DNA from: an uncultured Ignavibacteriales bacterium
GTDB lineage: Bacteria; Zixibacteria; MSB-5A5; GN15; JAAZOE01
Direction: 5' to 3'
Assembly: GCA_964549765.1 (NCBI GenBank)
Contig: CAZJWR010000003.1
Location: forward strand, 48,975 to 112,974
DNA length: 64,000 nt
Part shown: in pieces, positions 28,894 to 36,869 of the stretch
How positions within the stretch are numbered: position 1 is the stretch's first letter
Layout of the letters: every line of letters starts with the position of its first letter
Made by a program: the position numbers and the translations under genes
Notes under the pieces: generated by a model
The model's input: the letters and a program-made list of their open reading frames with translations, nothing else
Databases searched by the model: none
What the model was told of the DNA's origin: nothing

Positions 28894-29628
28894 TCAGAAA
28901 TTGAAAGATACGGTTAGGCCAACCCGATCGTGGCCGACTTCAGGCGCGGCGGTGATCGCCTTGTATTCGGTAAAGGAACTGTATTCGGGAAAGAGGAGAA
29001 ATGAATCCAGCAGGTTCAGGGCATACACGCCGATGGTCACGCCGGCCATGATGTTGACCCAGTCTTCGGCGTTGTTAGCCCGTTCCTGCGCATCCAGCAT
29101 CTCGGTCTGCAATCGGGGGAGGTCGCTCCAGCGAGTGGCGTCTTCGTAAGCCGCCTTCCTCGCCTCGTAATCGTCTTTCTTGGTATTGTAATCGTCACGA
29201 ACTATACCGTAGCCGACGACGGAGGCGAGCGTCCCGACGAAGAAAAAGGCGGCCTTGTAGCCGTTGCCATAATATTTCTGCCCCCAGCCGGGGATGATCA
29301 GAGACCGCATAAAGGCCTTGACCGGCCTCTTGGGTACCAGTCTGATATCGAGTTGGGTAGTCTGGGTGCTGGAAAAATACGCCGTTGAGTGATAGTTTTC
29401 GTAGCCGTCCCTCGTCACCTCGATCCGGTATTTTCCCGACAGGGCACGGCCGAACTGCACCGGTGAAACGCCGGATAACGTCAGATCGCCGTTAAGCGTG
29501 ACCAATGAGCCCTGGGGATCGGTATTGACCAAAACATTGCCCGCATCCTGGGCCAGAACCATGTTCGGCACGAGGAGGATCAAACAGACAAGGGCGGCCG
29601 TCAAAATCCTTTTTTGGGCCAAATACAT
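28894..29628 (-). CDS. PEGA domain protein with a DUF5683-like membrane segment
   Basis: Signal peptide, a PEGA-type domain (VNTDPQGSLVTLNG...GKYRIEVTRDGYENY) and an IIPGWGQKYYG motif followed by a TM helix. Confidence 0.7.
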   Translation of the reverse strand: MYLAQKRILTAALVCLILLVPNMVLAQDAGNVLVNTDPQGSLVTLNGDLTLSGVSPVQFGRALSGKYRIEVTRDGYENYHSTAYFSSTQTTQLDIRLVPKRPVKAFMRSLIIPGWGQKYYGNGYKAAFFFVGTLASVVGYGIVRDDYNTKKDDYEARKAAYEDATRWSDLPRLQTEMLDAQERANNAEDWVNIMAGVTIGVYALNLLDSFLLFPEYSSFTEYKAITAAPEVGHDRVGLTVSFNF

Positions 29629-29660
29629 AGGCGATTTCCCTTTTTTATTTAATTTCGGGG

Positions 29661-29689
29661 AATATAGACAATCCTTGATATTATGGCAA
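29661..29689 (-). promoter_or_regulatory. internal sigma-70-like promoter TTGCCA-17nt-TATATT upstream of the PEGA gene
   Basis: Read on the minus strand: TTGCCA (29689-29684), 17-nt spacer, TATATT (29666-29661). About 33 nt upstream of the ATG at 29628. Confidence 0.5.
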
Positions 29690-29752
29690 TAAAAACCGCA
29701 CCCAATGAAAAACTATTTCTTTCGCCGCGCCCCTGTGCCGGTTCCGAGACTG

Positions 29753-30661
29753 TCAGAACGCCCCTTTGCCCGTGATCACCACCAACACCGTCTTCAGTAT
29801 GATCTTGACATCCTGCCAGATACTCCAGTTATGAATATACTGGAGATCGTAATGGACCTTCCTGACCACGGATGAGAGCGAAGAATCGTAGCCGTTCTCG
29901 ATCTGAGCCAGACCGGTCAGACCCGGTTTGACTTGAAGACGTTGATTATAATTTTCGACCTGGGCGGACAATTCCTCGACGAATTTCGGCCGTTCCGGGC
30001 GCGGTCCCACCAGAGACATCTGGCCCAAAAAAACATTAATGAATTGGGGAATTTCGTCGAGTCGCGTCTTGCGGAGAAAATGTCCGAGGCGGGTGATGCG
30101 TGGATCGTTCTTGGTCGCCCATACGGGTCCGCATTTCTTTTCGGCGTCGGCGACCATCGTCCGGAATTTGATGACGTTGAACGGACGACCCTTAAAATCC
30201 TGGCGGCGCCGGTCGCGGGAACTGCGCCCCAGGCTGGATCCATGCGGCGCCCGACGTTCGCGACGGCGGCGGTTGTGACCGACTCGGAGTTGCAGATAGA
30301 ACACCGGTCCCGGCGAATCGAGCTTGATGAGAATCGGCAGTATGATAAAAAACGGCGATGTCAAAATCAGGCCGATCGAGGCGCCGGTGATATCGACAAC
30401 TCTTTTAAAGAAAGCGTGCAATGAGGCTCGCAAGGGTCGGGCCTGACCCGGCGTTATCACGCCGGCAAGAAAAGTCAGCGCCAAGACCAAGTGACCCCAA
30501 ATATATTCGGAGGCGAAGTAAGCGATGAGGTAAAGGAATCCCTGGTCTTTCCTTGAGCCGCATTTGACGAGGCAATCACGATCCTTCACAATGACTGTCG
30601 TATGAGGATACTCTATGCGAGTCTCACGTTTTCCCTGTGTCCCGATCAGATTGTGCAACAT
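29753..30661 (-). CDS. polyprenyl glycosylphosphotransferase (bacterial sugar transferase, WbaP/EpsB-like)
   Basis: C-terminal catalytic core: KRVVDI...LIKLDSPGPVFY, FKFRTM, DPRITRLGHFLRKTRLDEIPQF, MSLVGPRPERP. GAGGGG RBS. Contains an Arg-rich insert between the QLRVG and FNVIKFRTM blocks. Confidence 0.9.
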   Translation of the reverse strand: MLHNLIGTQGKRETRIEYPHTTVIVKDRDCLVKCGSRKDQGFLYLIAYFASEYIWGHLVLALTFLAGVITPGQARPLRASLHAFFKRVVDITGASIGLILTSPFFIILPILIKLDSPGPVFYLQLRVGHNRRRRERRAPHGSSLGRSSRDRRRQDFKGRPFNVIKFRTMVADAEKKCGPVWATKNDPRITRLGHFLRKTRLDEIPQFINVFLGQMSLVGPRPERPKFVEELSAQVENYNQRLQVKPGLTGLAQIENGYDSSLSSVVRKVHYDLQYIHNWSIWQDVKIILKTVLVVITGKGAF

Positions 30662-30737
30662 CTGTAATACCCCTCATGGTTCCGTTAACTGTCATTCGAT
30701 AATTGAGTTAGATTGCAGGTATCAGTTGTTGAACTTA

Positions 30738-30753
30738 TGCAAACAGTCTGCCC
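30738..30753 (-). promoter_or_regulatory. sigma-54 -24/-12 promoter upstream of the sugar transferase operon
   Basis: Minus strand reads ATGGGCAGACTGTTTGCAT: GGCAG-N5-TTGCA with exact GG-N10-GC spacing. About 78 nt upstream of the ATG at 30661. Confidence 0.6.
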
Positions 30754-30980
30754 ATCCGACCGTGAAAAGAGAGGTAATAAACCGGTTTACCAATCGGAGA
30801 TTGGACCGCATATTAATGCGCTGTAAGACAAACGGTTAGAAACCTATAATGGAGTATTTACACCTATTATTCAAAATTATATTCAAGTAGGCCCGATAGC
30901 GGCGCGAAATAGGTGAATAAAGACTCATATAACTTGCAAAACCCTGCAGGAAATGTGGTGTTAATATTGCATTATATTGC

Positions 30981-31028
30981 AAACAAAAGCCGCCGCGAAG
31001 GGGATTTCGCCCCATATTCGCGGCGGCT
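30981..31028 (-). terminator. intrinsic terminator after the PorV-like gene
   Basis: Minus strand reads GCCGCCGCGAA...TTCGCGGCGGC (11-bp stem with an inner GGGG/CCCC helix) followed by TTTTGTTT. Confidence 0.75.
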
Positions 31029-31058
31029 ACAGGCTTTTCAAAATCGCTTATAAGTCGA

Positions 31059-31985
31059 CTACCACGATAGACTTATCGAGAAATTGTGCACGGCGTCGCT
31101 GCCGTAATCATCCGACGGAATGAACGTATAATCGAATCGTCCACGACCATAGGCAACCCCCAAGCCAAGATCGAAGGAAACCGCGTTGGTCCCGGCAACG
31201 GTCCCGGTTTGATAAACCAGCCCCGAACGGGCATAGAGATCCTGGATGATATTGACTTCGAGGCCCTGATGGATTGCCGGCGCTCCCCTGAACGGAGTAT
31301 ACGCTTCGATCGCAAACAGCGCTTTATCCTCGAATTGACGGAACGACACACCCGTGCGCACCGCCGCCGGCAGCGGTTCGGATTCGCTAAAATAGGTGAT
31401 ATCAGTGCCCATGTTTGTTACGGTGGCGCCGAAGTTTAATCCGCGGAAGGACGCCAGGATACCGATATCGGCGGCTACGGCATCACCCTTTATAATATCG
31501 AATGACTGTTCGACATATTTGGCCGATACGCCGATGGCGACGTTATCGGTGATATCGGCAGCCGCCGCCACCGTCACGGCCATGTTGTACATCGTGAGAT
31601 CTTCGCCCTGATTGCCGAATTCGTCGTAGGAACGGATCAATCCCAGGTTTACGTAAGTAAGCCCGGCGCCGAAAGAAACGCTGTTTCCGGGAAAGGCAAT
31701 CTGCAGATTTTCGACCGTGACGTCCTGATACCAGCTTTGATGCGAAAATTCCGCCTGGGACGACGCCAGTCGGCGCAGACCGGCGGCGTTCCAATAGACC
31801 GCCGAGGGATTATCGGCGACGGACGTAAAGGCGCTTCCCATACCCAGCGCCCTCGCCCCAACGCCGATTTTCAAGAAATTTGCCGTATTCGAACCCAGTT
31901 CACCGGCGACGGAAATATCGCCGAACAGTGTGGCGACTACCGCAGCAAGCACCCAAATCGCTATGACAATCTTCACCGTTTTCAT
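31059..31985 (-). CDS. PorV/PorQ-family outer-membrane beta-barrel (T9SS-associated type)
   Basis: Signal peptide MKTVKIVIAIWVLAAVVA. Hallmark N-terminal motif NTANFLKIGVGARALGMGSAFTSVADNPSAVYWNAAGL. Start trimmed to the ATG at 31985 with a GGAG RBS. Confidence 0.75.
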   Translation of the reverse strand: MKTVKIVIAIWVLAAVVATLFGDISVAGELGSNTANFLKIGVGARALGMGSAFTSVADNPSAVYWNAAGLRRLASSQAEFSHQSWYQDVTVENLQIAFPGNSVSFGAGLTYVNLGLIRSYDEFGNQGEDLTMYNMAVTVAAAADITDNVAIGVSAKYVEQSFDIIKGDAVAADIGILASFRGLNFGATVTNMGTDITYFSESEPLPAAVRTGVSFRQFEDKALFAIEAYTPFRGAPAIHQGLEVNIIQDLYARSGLVYQTGTVAGTNAVSFDLGLGVAYGRGRFDYTFIPSDDYGSDAVHNFSISLSW

Positions 31986-32021
31986 TGTGCATTCACTCCA
32001 TTTCGTTCGAATACAGATAAT

Positions 32022-32037
32022 TGCAATCGGTGTGCCG
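32022..32037 (-). promoter_or_regulatory. sigma-54 -24/-12 promoter upstream of the PorV-like gene
   Basis: Minus strand reads GCGGCACACCGATTGCAA: CGGCAC-N5-TTGCA with exact GG-N10-GC spacing. The -12 element lies about 37 nt upstream of the ATG. Confidence 0.65.
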
Positions 32038-32389
32038 CCTGCCAACAACTACATCCCGTGAGGATGAATGCGCGATGCCGGATGGAACGGTACTGATAAA
32101 CTACCAACTCACAATGCATTACAAAACACCCTATGACCATTCCCTGTCGTTCCCTTGACTGCTGGTTTTCCCGAAACTCAAATCCGTACCACGGAGCCTG
32201 TTCATAACGATGGCCCTTACTTCATTATTTCGGCCGCATCCGCTTCTAACTTCCGCCGTCAAAGGCATTTGCCCATATCTGTTCAATTCCTAAGCATAAC
32301 CGGCTTTTGAGCCGCTATGTTGGAATTTTGGTTTCATTTCCCAGTTCGAAAATTGACCTAAAACCGTTTCCGGCCAATTTTCTTGATAG

Positions 32390-32419
32390 ATTGTACGATT
32401 TTTCATAAGCCCTTGTCAA
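32390..32419 (-). promoter_or_regulatory. distal sigma-70-like promoter TTGACA-18nt-TACAAT inside the 590-bp intergenic region
   Basis: Read on the minus strand: TTGACA (32419-32414), 18-nt spacer, TACAAT (32395-32390). About 400 nt upstream of the PorV-like ATG, with no convincing ORF in between. Confidence 0.45.
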
Positions 32420-32639
32420 TCAAATTAAACAATATGAAGGCAAAAAAACAATTTGGATAACTACATATTGTTATGCGAGTTATCGCTGTTAATTTATTGC
32501 GTCCATGTTTCGGTTTTCTTCACAGACCGGTGCAAATCCTCGGCATTTTACTCCCAGGAAAGCGGTTCAAAATCTAGTTTCAGTTATCCGCCCGGCGGCG
32601 AGAGTGCATATAATCAGGCAGGTATATGTTGTCGGCGCC

Positions 32640-33485
32640 TTATTGTTCGGGTTGTGAGGCCGGAGGCGCCGGATTTTCTTGTTTGGCCGGTAATCGATCC
32701 TTCATTTGGTGAAATCGCGGCGTATCCGCGATAAGCTGCGGTGACAAATCGTTCATTTCCGCGATCTGCGACCGGGTCGCATCAATGCGATCATTCGTCT
32801 GCGGATGGCTGGCGGCGAGCATCTCGAAGAAATTCATTTCATGCTGACCGGATAATTCCTCGAGCTTCTGAAACATATTGATCATGCCATTCGGATTCCA
32901 TCCGGCGCGGGTCATATAGATGGCGCCAAAGCGATCGGCCTCGGTTTCCATCGATCGTGAATATCCCGACATCATAATTCCCAGGGCCGCGCCCGCCAGT
33001 TGTTGGGTAGTTTCGGATCGTTCACCGACGGCAAGCTGCAGCACCACCGACAATCCCATGACCGACTGCAGCTGTTTGATGCTATGCCGGGCCACGACGT
33101 GGCTGATTTCGTGGGCCATGACGGCGGCCAGTTCCGATTCCGAATCCATCTCGCGGATGAGGCCGGAGTAGAAAAAGACGAACCCTCCCGGCGCGGCGAA
33201 GGCGTTGATCTGATCCGATTGGATGACCGCGAAATGAAACGGCAGATCGGTTCGGTCGGAGACGGCCACGATACGCTGCCCGATATCGTTGATGTAGTTC
33301 TGCCAGAGGGTATCGGCCAGGAGCGTGTCGGTCTGCCGGACTTCCTCATTCAATTGCTGGCCGATGGCGATTTCCTGGCTGGTGGGAATGAGGATCAACG
33401 ATTTTCTGCCGCCGGGACCGGTGGTCGCGCACGACAGCGTCAGAGCGACAAGAATCACCGGAATCAAAAAGGTATATCGTTTCAT
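32640..33485 (-). CDS. M48-family zinc metallopeptidase lipoprotein
   Basis: Lipobox LTLSCA. HEISHVVARH (HExxH) with a downstream METEADRFG glutamate. Start trimmed to MKRYTF at 33485. Confidence 0.88.
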   Translation of the reverse strand: MKRYTFLIPVILVALTLSCATTGPGGRKSLILIPTSQEIAIGQQLNEEVRQTDTLLADTLWQNYINDIGQRIVAVSDRTDLPFHFAVIQSDQINAFAAPGGFVFFYSGLIREMDSESELAAVMAHEISHVVARHSIKQLQSVMGLSVVLQLAVGERSETTQQLAGAALGIMMSGYSRSMETEADRFGAIYMTRAGWNPNGMINMFQKLEELSGQHEMNFFEMLAASHPQTNDRIDATRSQIAEMNDLSPQLIADTPRFHQMKDRLPAKQENPAPPASQPEQ

Positions 33486-33507
33486 CGAATCAAACACGAT
33501 CTCCGCC

Positions 33508-33900
33508 CTACATCCGCAACCGATCGGCAATATCGCCGATTATGGGCAGTTTGTACATTTTCCCCTGGATGGAGAAGATGATCCCGGCCAGCGCGGCGCC
33601 GATGCAGGCGATAATAATGACCGTCCAGAACAACTGGCTGAGGTGCGGAAAGGAAAAAATAAAGGCGATAACCTCGATGAAGAACAGCACGATTCCCTGA
33701 CGGGCATGGAAATAAGCGTAGGGATCATCGCGCATTTTGATCAGCGGCACGAAGCATAGGAACGGGACATAGGCCATGATAGCCGCCATGCGGCGATCCT
33801 CGGACGGACGGCCGCCATCCTCGTTGTCAAGATTGGGAATATCGCTCCTTCCCGTCGGTTCATCGTGCGGTTGGTCGTGATCGAAAAATGAATCAGCCAT
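33508..33900 (-). CDS. small membrane protein (DUF4870-like), function unknown
   Basis: Acidic N-terminus, then two or three TM helices. YVPFLCFVPLI...FHARQGIVLF resembles DUF4870-type proteins. Family assignment is tentative. Confidence 0.5.
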   Translation of the reverse strand: MADSFFDHDQPHDEPTGRSDIPNLDNEDGGRPSEDRRMAAIMAYVPFLCFVPLIKMRDDPYAYFHARQGIVLFFIEVIAFIFSFPHLSQLFWTVIIIACIGAALAGIIFSIQGKMYKLPIIGDIADRLRM

Positions 33901-33912
33901 GGCTCCTCCGCA

Positions 33913-36051
33913 TCACAAGTCCCATACGATCTCCTCACCCCGCCCGGCGAACTGGAAACGGATCGGGTCGCCCTGAGGCCATAATTCTACTTCCTCACCG
34001 TCCTTGACAATGCCGACCCTGAAAAAAACCTCGCCCCGTTCATCGGGAAAGAAAATTTTCTTTTTCATGCCAATCTCGGCAATCTCTCCTACGCCGCATG
34101 AAATACCGGACGGGTCGCCGGCCCATTCCGGAGCCGAAATGAACCCCTCGGGGCCAAAGACAAAATCCCCCTGACCGGGATTAACGATTTCAATTTTAAG
34201 CCTGACCGTCGCATTGTCAACTAAAAAGGCCTTTTCGTTGAAATCGACGCGCACATACAAGTTCTCTTCATCAGAGACATAGAGAATTTGCGTTATGACG
34301 CGATCGCTGCGGTGCATGCTCCCGCCGGCTTTGCGGCAGTCGAATTTGCCCGCGCCCAGCCATTCGTAGTAATGCGTCAGTTTGCCGTCGATAACCGGTG
34401 TCACCGTCCCCTCCGGTTCGGTCAAGTACGATTCGGGGAAACCGGACGATATCGGGGTCAGGAGCGACTTGGGAATTTTCAGTCCCAGGCTGGTGTATAT
34501 CGAGGACAGGTGCGCCCGATAGATGCGGTCGAAAATATCGTTCTGGGGCCCGCGATGCTCGTCCCCGTACCACCAATTCCAGTCGGAACCCTCGGCCACC
34601 AGGAGCGATTTTTCCGCATGTGCAATTTTGGCGGGATCGTAGTCGGGGTGCTCCTTCTTGAATTCGGTAAGGGCGTGACGGGCGTCCCAGAGGAAATCCC
34701 AAGCGGTATTATCCTCGGGATGGCCGATCCAGATGCGAAAATTATGGTTGATCCATGACCCGGCCTGGATATTTTTCAGCGGTTTCGGCTTAACCCGTTC
34801 GACCGCCTGACTCATGGTGACGGTCTCAATGCGATCGTCGGCTTCCAGTTTTTGAAATAATCCCTCGAGGAAATCATCGCCGTCATCGGGATAATATTCC
34901 CAGCAATTCTCGCCGTCGAGAATCACCGGAATGACGACATCATCCGCCGTCCCTCCCAGGGTCTCCGCCAGACCATGCAGTCCCTTCAGGAAATCGTCAA
35001 CGGCCTTCTCCGTATCCCAGCTCGAATACACGAATCCGATGCGGTCGGACAGGGCGTGGTCGCGGAAGAAAAGACTGACGGCTCCCTCGGACGAATTGAA
35101 CGAGAAAACGGCGTGGGGCGAGTACCGGTTCGAGGGCAAGCCCGATTTCACCAGCGAGCCGTATAATACCTGTTCGTCCGAAGCCATCCAGCGGATGCCG
35201 TTGCGGACGAGGATGGCGGCCATCTGTTCGGAGATGGAGCCTTCGGAGGGCCACATGCCGGAGAGGTCGCGGCCGAATTTCTCGCGATGCATCTCAACGG
35301 CGAGCGCTACCTGGCGGTCGGCGTCTTCCGGATGGCAGAACCGGTTCTTGGGCAGGGTGATTCCGGGCAGAGCTTCCTTGGCCGCATCGGTATCACACAG
35401 CAGGGGAAGAATGGGGTGATAGTACGGTGAAAACGAGATTTCGATTTTACCGGCATCCATAAGTGATCGATACGTGGGAATAATTTCCTTGAGGATGGCG
35501 TATTGGGCTTCGATAAGCGCCTGCTTATCGTCCTCGGTATACCTCTCCCCTTTGGCAAAAAGATCACGGAAAGGATCGCGGGAGCGATAGATCGGATCTA
35601 CCCAGACCAGATTCGACCAGACTATCAGGTCCCGCACCTCCTGCTGTGACGACGTACGGGCCGCCAGTTCCGCGTTCATGTTGCAGTCCTGGAGTTTCTT
35701 TTGCAGTTTTCGATAGCGCGGGTACGGGTCGATCATGGTGGCGGGATTGGCCGTAAAAAAGGTGCCGAATATTTCGGCCTTTTCAGCCTGGGTCAATTCG
35801 GCGGACGGTTTACTCGATAGCGCCAGGTGCTGGTCGGTCGTTTTACGGTCGCAATAGAGATCGATTTGTTCCAAGAGTGAGGGAACGAGATTGAAGGTCA
35901 TTCGCAGGCGGTCGAATTTGCCCAGACGGGCCGGCAAATCGCCGTAGTCTTTCAGACCATGCAGCCGCACCCATGGCAGAAGCATCGCTCCCGATGCCGG
36001 GTCCCGATAATAGGGTTGATGCATGTGCCAGAGAAAAGCGACTTTGAGCAT
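33913..36051 (-). CDS. glycoside hydrolase family 57 protein (alpha-amylase / 4-alpha-glucanotransferase-like)
   Basis: N-terminal FLWHMHQPYY signature and conserved GH57 blocks (EISFSPYYHPILPLL, WPSEGS, DGENCWEYY, EGSDWNWWYG). Confidence 0.88.
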   Translation of the reverse strand: MLKVAFLWHMHQPYYRDPASGAMLLPWVRLHGLKDYGDLPARLGKFDRLRMTFNLVPSLLEQIDLYCDRKTTDQHLALSSKPSAELTQAEKAEIFGTFFTANPATMIDPYPRYRKLQKKLQDCNMNAELAARTSSQQEVRDLIVWSNLVWVDPIYRSRDPFRDLFAKGERYTEDDKQALIEAQYAILKEIIPTYRSLMDAGKIEISFSPYYHPILPLLCDTDAAKEALPGITLPKNRFCHPEDADRQVALAVEMHREKFGRDLSGMWPSEGSISEQMAAILVRNGIRWMASDEQVLYGSLVKSGLPSNRYSPHAVFSFNSSEGAVSLFFRDHALSDRIGFVYSSWDTEKAVDDFLKGLHGLAETLGGTADDVVIPVILDGENCWEYYPDDGDDFLEGLFQKLEADDRIETVTMSQAVERVKPKPLKNIQAGSWINHNFRIWIGHPEDNTAWDFLWDARHALTEFKKEHPDYDPAKIAHAEKSLLVAEGSDWNWWYGDEHRGPQNDIFDRIYRAHLSSIYTSLGLKIPKSLLTPISSGFPESYLTEPEGTVTPVIDGKLTHYYEWLGAGKFDCRKAGGSMHRSDRVITQILYVSDEENLYVRVDFNEKAFLVDNATVRLKIEIVNPGQGDFVFGPEGFISAPEWAGDPSGISCGVGEIAEIGMKKKIFFPDERGEVFFRVGIVKDGEEVELWPQGDPIRFQFAGRGEEIVWDL

Positions 36052-36070
36052 CCCGCTTCCCCACGCCGGC

Positions 36071-36748
36071 CTATAGCCGGAGCCCGTGTTCCGCCGCCAG
36101 GCGAGCGCCTATCATGTAGTACTGGGTATCCTTGTACTCGTTGGTCAATTTGGCCAGTATGACTTTGGCCGATTCCATTTCGTCGGCCTTGACGTAGTTA
36201 TCGAGCGCGTGCAGATAGTATTCTCCGGATAGATGGAAATCGGGGTATTTCTCGGCCGCTTCCCGGTATGCGTCGGCAGCCTGCTTATAATCGCCCGTCC
36301 CTGCCAGTGACGCGGCGATGCCGGCCATGGCCGAGGTGACGAAGTATTTGTCGCCCTTGTAATCGTCCAGGTAGTTCTCGAATGCCGTCTTGGCTTCGGC
36401 GTAATTCTTGGCGGAAAAATAGGCGTTGCCCAGATTGAACGCGGCCATGGGACCATAGGTGGTCGAACCGTAATCATCCATGATGGTCTTAAAATCGACG
36501 ATGGCCAGCTGGTAATTGGCCGACCGGTATTCTCCGAGGGCGCGATTATAGATATCGGCCGCTTCCATGGTCCGGGAGGTGCCCTGCGATCGGATCAACG
36601 ACATCCCGACGATGACGATAATGATGACCGCCGCAGCGCCGACAAAATAGGCCCACCGTTCGTAAACGTAGTCTTTCGCCTGAAACACGAAAGTGGTGAA
36701 TTTATCTTCTTTGATTTCCCGTTTCGTGATTTTGACGTTGTGTCTCAT
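36071..36748 (-). CDS. membrane-anchored tetratricopeptide repeat protein (YfgM-like)
   Basis: N-terminal TM anchor followed by TPR-like repeats (AAFNLGNAYFSAKNYAEAKTAFENYL, YKQAADAYREAAEKYP). Confidence 0.7.
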   Translation of the reverse strand: MRHNVKITKREIKEDKFTTFVFQAKDYVYERWAYFVGAAAVIIIVIVGMSLIRSQGTSRTMEAADIYNRALGEYRSANYQLAIVDFKTIMDDYGSTTYGPMAAFNLGNAYFSAKNYAEAKTAFENYLDDYKGDKYFVTSAMAGIAASLAGTGDYKQAADAYREAAEKYPDFHLSGEYYLHALDNYVKADEMESAKVILAKLTNEYKDTQYYMIGARLAAEHGLRL

Positions 36749-36808
36749 ACCTTTCCTTCTCCTACCCAGTTATACGTCATATCGGCCAAGGCGCGGGAAG
36801 TTCCCTAA

Positions 36809-36846
36809 GAAAAAGGCGGAAGGTGCCCAGATTTCCGCCTTTTTTA
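36809..36846 (-). terminator. intrinsic (bidirectional-looking) terminator after 36870..38336
   Basis: AGGCGGAA...TTCCGCCT 8-bp stem flanked by an A-run and a T-run. On the minus strand the hairpin is followed by TTTTTCTT. Confidence 0.7.
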
Positions 36847-36869
36847 TGATCTTCATTCCGTGCAGGCGA

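Noticed and set aside
32453-32734. A 93-aa plus-strand ORF in the long intergenic region, overlapping the 3' end of the M48 peptidase gene.
   Set aside because: It has no RBS, starts in AT-rich non-coding sequence, overlaps a well-supported gene on the opposite strand, and its composition is odd (Cys/Ser/Phe-rich).
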